Shown in pieces: positions 46,879 to 54,452 of a stretch of DNA of 64,000 nt. How positions within the stretch are numbered: the stretch's first letter is position 1; every line of letters begins with the position of its first letter. A program made the position numbers and the translations under genes. Location: IMG/VR virus record IMGVR_UViG_3300050821_003948, positions 3,253-67,252 of that record. One strand, written 5' to 3'. This stretch comes from a virus. Under the pieces are notes generated by a model. It saw only the letters and a program-made list of their open reading frames with translations. It was not told the origin of the DNA and ran no database searches.

Positions 46879-49800
46879 CCCTTTTGTGGGCTCGGGTCAT
46901 TGTACGAACCGTCAGGTTGCAACTTGTAAATCCATCCGTTAGATCGCATAGCCGGCGGCTTCGTGGTGGCTTGCGGCACGCCCGCATTTTGACCACCGGG
47001 AGCACCCGCAGTCGGCATCGTAGTCGCCGCAGGCGCGCCCTTACCACTGATTCGCGATAAAATAGCTTGCCTTACAATCTCTGGCGCAATCTTGGCCGCT
47101 TCCATTTCCTGCCCCATTTGCTCCAAAGCGGCCTGAATACCTTCATGCCCGGTCGCTTTTGCAAGAAGATCATGAGCGGACTGTTGAGCAAACACCGAGT
47201 TGGTTCCCGTTCGCGACATCGCTTGAGAGTAAGCCGTCATCGCACCTTGGAGCGCGGTATTATAACGAATATAACGCGGGTCGCTCGTGCCGGACTGAAC
47301 CATCTGTTCAAGTTTATTGATCGGGACCCAGTCACTACGCGGCAACGCCGCGGAAGCCTGTAGCGCAAGCGGGAATGTTTGTTTTGCTTCTTCAACCGCA
47401 GCATCAACGTTAGCCGAACGTTTCGCCGCCGTCGAAGCTGCCGCTGATTGACTCGTAAAGTTTGCTTTTGCCGCCGCCAAGTCCGCCCCGCTCCATCCCT
47501 CAGTTGCAGCGCGTTCCGCCAGACGGTTTTGAATACGCGTTAGATTCTGACCGGTCTGCGCCCCGCGACCGAGATTTTGCAATGCGGACGGATCACCCGC
47601 GTGGATACGATCAACCGCCAGATTCACCGCGGCGTCAGTCATAAGGCCACTGTCGTTTGTAGCTATGGTCTCGCCAGTTTTTGGATTAACCAACTCTTGA
47701 CCAGGAGTCATCACTTTCGGAGCATTCAATTGACGCTCCAATTCGTCTTGTTGATGTTGTAGTGTCGCCTTCTGATACGGCGTCATTTGCGTTTGAGTGA
47801 ATTTCTGTGCGCTCTCTTCCAACTGATTGCGTTTCGTTTCTTGCGCAATCCGATCCTGCTCAGCCTTCGCCGCCTGATTCAACTGCTTCACTTTCAGGTC
47901 AACATCCTGATCTTGTTTCTTCAACCCGCTATAGGTCTGCAAGCCTTGCAAGCCGCCCTCTCCGATAGCCGTTCCCAGGAAAGGCGACCGCGAAGCCATC
48001 ATGCCCAAGCCCGCCGCCATGAGCGACTGATAAAAATTAGGAGACAGCCCGAGCAATCCTTTCTCCTGCGAACGAGATTCCGCAGGCGCACTGGTGACCG
48101 AGTCCGGTGGCACAACAGGCGCAGCGTTGCGTGACCCATCATCCGAAAAAGCAAGTGCAGACGATCCGAGCCCAGCCTGCGGCGCAGACGTTCCTTGCGT
48201 AATTTCGGGAGGCAACGCATCGGCCAAACCGGGCCGTGATCGCGGCAGCGGAACATCGTCACCTTGCGGCGCAGGAGCATAAGGAGAACTTTGCCCGTAA
48301 GTCTGAAACTTCAAAATATTCTCAAGAGGATTCGCTTCACCTGCACTGTTATTATACAACCCCGCAGGAACAGACGGCTGGACAAATCGATCAGACGGAA
48401 AATTAACGACATCGCCATCATCGTCGGGAGACCCACCAGATGCAAACCGTCGCCGCGGCATGAACGACGCCATTCCAAGCCCGGCGCGCACGGGCGCACC
48501 ACCACGTTTCAACTGAATCCTGTTCGTCTTCGGAAAAACCAATCCACCATGGGCATAAAGTGCGGTATCGCTTGACGTAGGCGGCATCACAGCCGAATCC
48601 ATACTCCCGAAAGCATCCAGCGGCAGACTATTATTGCCAACACCAGAAACCTGCGGAGCAATATTCATCGGCGCTCCAGGCTGCGCAGGCTTATTCGGAA
48701 ACGCTTTCTTCATCGCATCAGAAAATCCAGCAGCGTTCTGCGCCATCTGTTGCGGCGTTTGGACTTGCTGTTCTGGAATCTTTGGAGGAGACGGTAAATC
48801 CTTACCATGCGGCATCTGTCCGGGCGTCAACCATGGATTGCCCGGAAGGCCGGGAGAAAACCCGAACCCCGACGGCACACCACCATCGGCTAAACCTTGA
48901 ACGCGCCCGCCAAAATAACGACGTGCAGCGCTCTTGGTCGCCTCATCGTAATCGACGTGTTTGAATCCGTTCACTTCATGCACGGCATCGGGATTAACCT
49001 TCTCGACATCCTGCGCCAACAAACCGATACGAGTCTCAGGATCGCCTTTGTAGTTGAATCTATAAATATGCTGACCATCATTGAGCGAACCGATCTTTCT
49101 GATATTCTCTTTCGCGCGCTTGTCGGATAGTGCTGCTAATCCGGCAATGCCTTGCGAACCGCCCGCTTGTCCTGCGGCACCGAGCCCAGCAATACCGAGT
49201 CCCAAATACTGCGCCAACGGATTCGGCGCTGGCCCCGTCGTGCTTGACGTTCCACCTTCCTGCGATCCCACACCCGTCAACAGCGGCAGTTCCCAACTCA
49301 ACATGCTTTCCGGCATGAACTGCTGCTGCATGAACTGCTGATAAGCCGCCGTGTCTTGCGCCTGCTGTGTTTGTTGTTCAAGCGTGCCGGCTCCAACTTG
49401 CGCGTTGGCGCCAGTGAGCGCGGCATTCTCCAGTCCCTGACCCGTACTGGCGATACCGTAAGCGGCCTGTTCGGGATTCTGTTGGAACTGCTGACCGGCC
49501 GTTTGCAGAGCTTGCGTGTAACCCTGATTTTCCAGCCCAGCAATGACCGGCGCTTCTTGCGCCGATTGTTGTCCGGCAAGAACGGATTGTGCAACGGCAG
49601 TCCGATCGCCACCCAATGCACCTTGCGCGGCAGCATTCCCTAAAACTTGCTGCTGTTGAATCGCGTTCTGATTGTTCATTTGTTGTTCGGTCGCCTGAAC
49701 AACATCCTGCGTATAGGGCGATTGGTATTGTTGAATCTGTTGCTGCGTCAACGGCTGCGCAGCGTTCTCCTGCAAGCCAGCGGCCTCCTGCATATAAGGA

Positions 49801-49994
49801 ACACCAGCCAGCGCGTACTGGTCGATGTTACCAATGCCGCTCTGCTGTTGTTGATTTACACCCGCAGTCAACTCGCCGCCGTATGGCGTGTAAGGCGTCG
49901 CGGCGACGTTTTGTAACTGCCCAATCGCCTGCTGATACTGCGGGAGTGCAGTCGGCGATTGCGAAGTTGTCGTCGTGTTCGAGCCCTTGGACAT
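46875..49994 (-). CDS. Internal virion protein with peptidase S74-like intramolecular chaperone domain
   Basis: YQSPY..DVV and ALGGDR motifs; SDKRAKENI..IG....IYRFNYK....IGLLAQDVE...P.AV....K.VDY. Confidence 0.75.
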   Translation of the reverse strand: MSKGSNTTTTSQSPTALPQYQQAIGQLQNVAATPYTPYGGELTAGVNQQQQSGIGNIDQYALAGVPYMQEAAGLQENAAQPLTQQQIQQYQSPYTQDVVQATEQQMNNQNAIQQQQVLGNAAAQGALGGDRTAVAQSVLAGQQSAQEAPVIAGLENQGYTQALQTAGQQFQQNPEQAAYGIASTGQGLENAALTGANAQVGAGTLEQQTQQAQDTAAYQQFMQQQFMPESMLSWELPLLTGVGSQEGGTSSTTGPAPNPLAQYLGLGIAGLGAAGQAGGSQGIAGLAALSDKRAKENIRKIGSLNDGQHIYRFNYKGDPETRIGLLAQDVEKVNPDAVHEVNGFKHVDYDEATKSAARRYFGGRVQGLADGGVPSGFGFSPGLPGNPWLTPGQMPHGKDLPSPPKIPEQQVQTPQQMAQNAAGFSDAMKKAFPNKPAQPGAPMNIAPQVSGVGNNSLPLDAFGSMDSAVMPPTSSDTALYAHGGLVFPKTNRIQLKRGGAPVRAGLGMASFMPRRRFASGGSPDDDGDVVNFPSDRFVQPSVPAGLYNNSAGEANPLENILKFQTYGQSSPYAPAPQGDDVPLPRSRPGLADALPPEITQGTSAPQAGLGSSALAFSDDGSRNAAPVVPPDSVTSAPAESRSQEKGLLGLSPNFYQSLMAAGLGMMASRSPFLGTAIGEGGLQGLQTYSGLKKQDQDVDLKVKQLNQAAKAEQDRIAQETKRNQLEESAQKFTQTQMTPYQKATLQHQQDELERQLNAPKVMTPGQELVNPKTGETIATNDSGLMTDAAVNLAVDRIHAGDPSALQNLGRGAQTGQNLTRIQNRLAERAATEGWSGADLAAAKANFTSQSAAASTAAKRSANVDAAVEEAKQTFPLALQASAALPRSDWVPINKLEQMVQSGTSDPRYIRYNTALQGAMTAYSQAMSRTGTNSVFAQQSAHDLLAKATGHEGIQAALEQMGQEMEAAKIAPEIVRQAILSRISGKGAPAATTMPTAGAPGGQNAGVPQATTKPPAMRSNGWIYKLQPDGSYNDPSPQKG
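48093..48139 (-). repeat. Bipartite site, subfamily A (long), intragenic
   Basis: GGTGACCGAGTCCGG-N18-gttgCGTGACCCAT, in frame (DGSRN...PPDSVT). Confidence 0.82.
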
Positions 49995-49995
49995 T

Positions 49996-50604
49996 TTAAG
50001 CCCTACCCGCCATCTGCAACGGCATCATCAAGGTCGTGGCAACCGCTGTTGCCAAGTGAGCCGCTAGGCCGTTCTCTTTTTTCGAGTCACGTCCACGCGT
50101 GTGGACCTTCCACAGATCGAAATTCTGCGCGCGCTCGAAATATTCCGGGGGCGCTCCGCTGACAAAAAATGCGCCGGACGGCATCCCAAAATGGCGGCGG
50201 TACTTTCTCACCTTTGCTTCCATTCGGCTTGAAGTGCACACGCCAATCACCAAAGGAATGCCCAAGGACTTTTGACAATGATCAGCGTACTTCAATAATA
50301 TGTCAGCGTAATTCGTCCTGCGGAATTCTGGCGACACAAAATTCCACAACTCTTCCAAGTGAAGTTGCCAAGTATAGTAATAGCGGGTGATCAATAGCCC
50401 CAACATCGCGCGAATGTCCCCTGCCGGCCCTTTTATAAGACCAATCACACCTTCCTTCTTTTGAACTGCGCGATTGAAAGTATCGACAACGCATCCTTCA
50501 TCAAGTTCAAAGAGTCCGTTTTCTTGGTGCATGATTTTGAACAGCCGCATGAATTCCGGAAGATCAGAGAGAGTCGCACCGATGACTATGGGATTCTCAC
50601 TCAT
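49996..50604 (-). CDS. GNAT-like acetyltransferase of the virion module
   Basis: LEELWNFVSPEFRR..A..LL; likely start MSENP. Confidence 0.6.
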   Translation of the reverse strand: MSENPIVIGATLSDLPEFMRLFKIMHQENGLFELDEGCVVDTFNRAVQKKEGVIGLIKGPAGDIRAMLGLLITRYYYTWQLHLEELWNFVSPEFRRTNYADILLKYADHCQKSLGIPLVIGVCTSSRMEAKVRKYRRHFGMPSGAFFVSGAPPEYFERAQNFDLWKVHTRGRDSKKENGLAAHLATAVATTLMMPLQMAGRA

Positions 50605-51632
50605 GATTTTACCGGCGGCTTTAGACCCTTGAGCGTGCGGATATGGTCCTTTCGGAGTGACATTACCCATTGGTCCAGAATCTTGTGGCCTCTCTTGATA
50701 TCACCATCGCCGATTCGCGCTACCACGGAAGGGTCTATTATAAATTCGCCGCCTGCGGTCACAACATCAACCGGAGTCCCACTTCCTTCGCCCCGAGCCC
50801 CACCTTTGTCGCCGGGGATTCCCATCATCCGCGGCGGCTTCGGAGCGCCAGTACCGTGGCCCATTGGTCCGGCACCAAACATATTCGTTGCGATCTTCAT
50901 CCCCGCCATCGTGTTCGATTGACCGAGGTGTGAAATCGTCTCTGCGGGCAAAACATAAGAGCCCGATGGCACTGCCATGTTATGCCGATCGGTGCGTCCA
51001 GGCACTGCCGACATGATAGGACCAGTGTGAGTCAAGCCGCGCGCCTCTTGCTTTGCGAACCACGGCATCTGCCCCAACCCCGCCATCCCACCGGACGCCA
51101 TCCCCGCAGGATTTGCCTGCATCATCCCATTGACCATCTGCATATTATTCTGCGGCGCGATTCCCGCAGTAGGTTGCGCACCAACAAAAGAATTTCCCGA
51201 CGCAACTTGATTCACTGCGGGGTTAGCGCTGCCGAGTCCCGTGTTTGCTGGCGCTGAATTGAACCCTGCGGGATTCTGCGTTGGCGTCGGAGTGGGCGCT
51301 GTTGCGCCGGCTGGCGTAGCGACGGGCGCGGCAGCGAACGAGGCTGGCGTTGGTGACGCTGAATTCATGCCGGCATTGCTTGCGGGGCCTGCAACTTGGT
51401 TCGATCCGCTTTGCAATGCGGAAATTACGGCCGTCACAGGATCAGTCGCGCCGCCTGCGTCGTAGCCTTTGACTTTGCCGCCGCGCTCGCGCTTGGCTCT
51501 ATTTTTGATGCTGTACGCAATCGCGAGGGCTTGGCTTTTGTCCTTCACATGCGGTGATACGCCGCGTTCTTTCATCAACGTCGAAATGTTTGCTTTGAAA
51601 GCCGAAGGCGATGACGAATGTTGCAGCGGCAT
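50601..51632 (-). CDS. Internal virion protein with xxGG motifs
   Basis: NISTL..QALAIAYS, PGRTD, GSYVLPA, AGGEF..P..V..IG.GD...G...LD. Confidence 0.65.
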   Translation of the reverse strand: MPLQHSSSPSAFKANISTLMKERGVSPHVKDKSQALAIAYSIKNRAKRERGGKVKGYDAGGATDPVTAVISALQSGSNQVAGPASNAGMNSASPTPASFAAAPVATPAGATAPTPTPTQNPAGFNSAPANTGLGSANPAVNQVASGNSFVGAQPTAGIAPQNNMQMVNGMMQANPAGMASGGMAGLGQMPWFAKQEARGLTHTGPIMSAVPGRTDRHNMAVPSGSYVLPAETISHLGQSNTMAGMKIATNMFGAGPMGHGTGAPKPPRMMGIPGDKGGARGEGSGTPVDVVTAGGEFIIDPSVVARIGDGDIKRGHKILDQWVMSLRKDHIRTLKGLKPPVKS

Positions 51633-51641
51633 TGTTTGTTC

Positions 51642-51995
51642 CTAAGAGGAAGCCGGCAGCGAAGTCCACGCCGACGCGCCATTGGTATTGACATAAACCC
51701 GCGTCGTCGCCGATGAAGCATCAAGTCGCAGATAGAGCGAACTGGTAGCCGCCGCGAGCGTCGGCGTTCCGGTCCCGCCGAACACCCCGAAATTCGGCGT
51801 CGAGAAAAACACAAATCCCGCGCCCGCTGTCCCTCCCGATGGCGGCGCTGTCGTCCCGAGTGCCCGGATCGAACCGCTATAACTTACTAGCGTCCCAAAC
51901 ACCTGCGGCAGCGCGTTGCTCAAAGTCTGTGCGATGTTGCCGAGGTTGGTCACCCCGTTTTTTAGATTTGAGACTAGATCGTCGATTGAGGCCAT
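51642..51995 (-). CDS. Small virion protein sharing a C-terminal domain with 59040-60662
   Basis: GTGTPTLAAATSSLYLR..TTRVYVNTNG. Confidence 0.65.
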   Translation of the reverse strand: MASIDDLVSNLKNGVTNLGNIAQTLSNALPQVFGTLVSYSGSIRALGTTAPPSGGTAGAGFVFFSTPNFGVFGGTGTPTLAAATSSLYLRLDASSATTRVYVNTNGASAWTSLPASS

Positions 51996-52011
51996 GGGTT
52001 AGGCTTTAAGA

Positions 52012-52060
52012 TTTTGGGTCACGAGAGGGCGTACCGTTTGCATCGCCGGACTCGGTCAAC
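52012..52060 (+). repeat. Bipartite site, subfamily A (long)
   Basis: TTTTGGGTCACGAGAG-N18-CCGGACTCGGTCAAC. Confidence 0.92.
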
Positions 52061-52079
52061 TTACCATCGTTTTTAGCGT

Positions 52080-52107
52080 CTTCGGGACCTATATCTCTGA
52101 CTAACCC
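52080..52107 (+). repeat. 28-bp inverted repeat (left copy)
   Basis: cttcgggacctatatctctgactaaccc; 26/28 identical to the reverse complement of 52996-53023. Confidence 0.9.
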
Positions 52108-52304
52108 TCCAACCCCAATCTCCCCGCCAGCCATTTCGACAGAATCAGTGACCGGCACCCCCGCAGTTTCGGCAGTCCACCCTTTTTTGGGAGCGTCCCC
52201 AGGGAACCGCTGAATCCTGTGATCAGCGGGGATGGCCGGGTTAAGTTTAGGCGCTTGTGGCACGGGACCGTTAGGGTCGTATTCGTTCGATAACGGAGAT
52301 TGAA

Positions 52305-52547
52305 ATGGGAATTTCCTTTGATGATTCTCCAAATGAACCACTATTCGCCAGATTACCGAAGTCAGAACCATCGCTAGACGGCGTAGTGGCGACTGTGAGC
52401 GTAGACGTTGACGGGCTTCCTCGTTCCACTGTGCTCGTTCGGCTTGTGTTGGAACCCGAGGACGCCCGCGAACTGGCGCAAACCCTCCAGATAAACGCGA
52501 ATGTCGTGGATTTGTGGCGGAAAAATCGAGTTGAGAATCAAGCATGA
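52305..52547 (+). CDS. Hypothetical passenger protein
   Basis: GGAG SD; lies between the 28-bp IRs. Confidence 0.5.
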   Translation: MGISFDDSPNEPLFARLPKSEPSLDGVVATVSVDVDGLPRSTVLVRLVLEPEDARELAQTLQINANVVDLWRKNRVENQA

Positions 52548-52798
52548 CCATCACACCCAAACTCACCACGCTGCCCCAAATCTCGGAAGCCAACTACGAA
52601 GCCGTCAGGCGTGTCCTCAAACGCAGTCTCCCGGCCACCCACCGGGAATGGCTCGATCTCCGCGCGCAGTGGACTGCGGACTATCCCAACCACGTCTTCG
52701 TGGATGTAGACCCGCAACAGTTCGCCAGGTTTTTTGGGACGAGCAGGCGCGGAGACGACATCCAAACCCTCTTCGACTTTGTGTGGGTAAAGCCCTAG
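52544..52798 (+). CDS. Hypothetical passenger protein
   Basis: ATGA-coupled; lies between the 28-bp IRs. Confidence 0.5.
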   Translation: MTITPKLTTLPQISEANYEAVRRVLKRSLPATHREWLDLRAQWTADYPNHVFVDVDPQQFARFFGTSRRGDDIQTLFDFVWVKP

Positions 52799-52995
52799 GG
52801 CGCAGCACCATTCCGGTTGAACCTTCGCCCCAAGCCGGATGCCTATGCGAACGTTTTCCGCCAGAGCGGCAATTTCCCCATCGGGCAAAACAAAATCGGC
52901 GACTTGACTGCCGGCTAAATGTTTTTGGGCCAGAAGCCCGTTTTCACAGACTAACCCCCCCAAGCGACTCTGCGGACTCACCTTTTGGCGCTTTT

Positions 52996-53023
52996 GGGTT
53001 AGATAGAGATATAGGTCCCGAAG
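52996..53023 (-). repeat. 28-bp inverted repeat (right copy)
   Basis: gggttagatagagatataggtcccgaag. Confidence 0.9.
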
Positions 53024-53026
53024 GGC

Positions 53027-53055
53027 TTGACAGACGCCAATTCTAGGCCCATTAT
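53027..53055 (+). promoter_or_regulatory. Sigma70-like promoter of the transposase
   Basis: TTGACA-N17-CATTAT. Confidence 0.65.
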
Positions 53056-53080
53056 GAACCCACAATTCAGGGAGCCGAAG

Positions 53081-53968
53081 ATGCAACATTTTGAAAGCCT
53101 CATTGACCTTTTCCGGGCATTTCCGAACGAGGATGCCTGCGTTAAACACCTTCGGGCAACCCGCTGGCACAACGGCGAATATTGCCCGCACTGCGGCCAC
53201 GATAAGGTTTACCCACTTTCCAAGCGCCGTCTTTTCAAGTGCGCCCAGTGCCGCATTAACTTCTCTATCAGAGTCGGAACGATTTTTGAAGACTCCAAAT
53301 TGCCCTTGCAAAAGTGGTTCGCTGCGATTTGGCTTATCACCAATCACCCCAAGGGCATCGCCTCTACCACGCTCGCCAAGGATTTGAAGGTCACGCAAAA
53401 AACCGCATGGTTTATCCTGCACCGGCTGCGCCACGCTTCGCGGATCAAGACTTTCGACAAGCCGCTGTCCGGCATTGTCGAGATTGACCAGACTTTCGTG
53501 AAGGGTGGCAAGCCCAACAAGGCGCGGAAGGACGGCCACGTCGGCGTTATCGGCGCAGCCGAGCGCAAAGGCCACGTGGTTGCTCGCGTGGTTCCGACCG
53601 GGCTTGGCTGGTCTGAGGCCCAAAAGTTTATCCGCGACGTTGTGGCGCCGGATGCACAGGGTTTGATGACGGATGGCGCCCACGTATTTCACGGCATCAG
53701 CGATTATCCGCAGCACGAAATGATTAACCACCGCAAGGAAGGTCACAAGCGGGGCGCTGTCCACACCCAAACGATTGAAAGCGTATGGGCGCAGTTGAAG
53801 CGCCAAATCGTCGGCATTCATCACTGGGTCTCGCCGAAACATTTGCAAAACTACGTCAACGAAATGGCGTGGCGCATGTCGCGCCGTGATCTGACCGCGA
53901 CGGATCGGATGAACTCGTTGTTTGTTCACGTCGAAGGCAAACTCACATACAAGGCGCTGATCGCATGA
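53081..53968 (+). CDS. IS1595-family (ISXO2-like) DDE transposase
   Basis: CPHC..C..C zinc ribbon, FS.RVGTIFEDSKLPL.KW, HTH, VEID/TD/IES catalytic triad, KHLQ.Y..E; GGAG SD before MQHF. Confidence 0.92.
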   Translation: MQHFESLIDLFRAFPNEDACVKHLRATRWHNGEYCPHCGHDKVYPLSKRRLFKCAQCRINFSIRVGTIFEDSKLPLQKWFAAIWLITNHPKGIASTTLAKDLKVTQKTAWFILHRLRHASRIKTFDKPLSGIVEIDQTFVKGGKPNKARKDGHVGVIGAAERKGHVVARVVPTGLGWSEAQKFIRDVVAPDAQGLMTDGAHVFHGISDYPQHEMINHRKEGHKRGAVHTQTIESVWAQLKRQIVGIHHWVSPKHLQNYVNEMAWRMSRRDLTATDRMNSLFVHVEGKLTYKALIA

Positions 53969-54132
53969 ACCCGAAAGGTGCAAAGCTAGAACCCAAACTG
54001 ACAATCGCGTTGCCGTTTGTCGAAGCCCTGCAACGCTTTTGCGAATTGAAAACCGTTCCCTCCGAGCTTCCACATCGGATTCGCAAGGCCGCAAAACGAA
54101 AGCGTCGAAAGTCGCTGCGTAAGCCATTATGA
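53965..54132 (+). CDS. Small basic protein coupled to the transposase
   Basis: Manual translation MNPKGAKLEPKLTIALPFVEALQRF...; ATGA overlaps at both ends. Confidence 0.5.
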   Translation: MNPKGAKLEPKLTIALPFVEALQRFCELKTVPSELPHRIRKAAKRKRRKSLRKPL

Positions 54133-54368
54133 CCAGCAAACTCCACAGTTACGAGTTCACATCTATACCGGAATCAGAACAACTTGGATTCCGCTTCCAA
54201 CTACGCGACGAACAGCAATCGGTCGAGTTCTTAGTGCCCGCTCATGCGATGAAAGCCTTGATCGAGGATTTGACGGAGGCTCAACGTCGGTACAAACGCG
54301 CCAGGGACCAACATATTCGGAATCGGAAGAAACAGATTCGCGTCGTTGTGAAGGACGATGACGTTTAG
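54129..54368 (+). CDS. Hypothetical protein
   Basis: Coupled ORF. Confidence 0.45.
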   Translation: MTSKLHSYEFTSIPESEQLGFRFQLRDEQQSVEFLVPAHAMKALIEDLTEAQRRYKRARDQHIRNRKKQIRVVVKDDDV

Positions 54369-54387
54369 ATTTTTTCATTTTCTCGAA

Positions 54388-54449
54388 CCTCTATGGCCGT
54401 AAGAATCTCACAGAACTGTTGAGGGCCAAGGTAGCCAAGCTAACCAAAC
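54388..54449 (-). repeat. Bipartite site, family B (right-type)
   Basis: cctctatggccgtaagaatctcacagaac...ccaaggtagccaagctaaccaaac. Confidence 0.92.
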
Positions 54450-54452
54450 CCT

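Noticed and set aside
52538-54139. 533-aa minus-strand ORF
   Set aside because: It is the antisense shadow of the IS1595 transposase and has no recognisable motifs.
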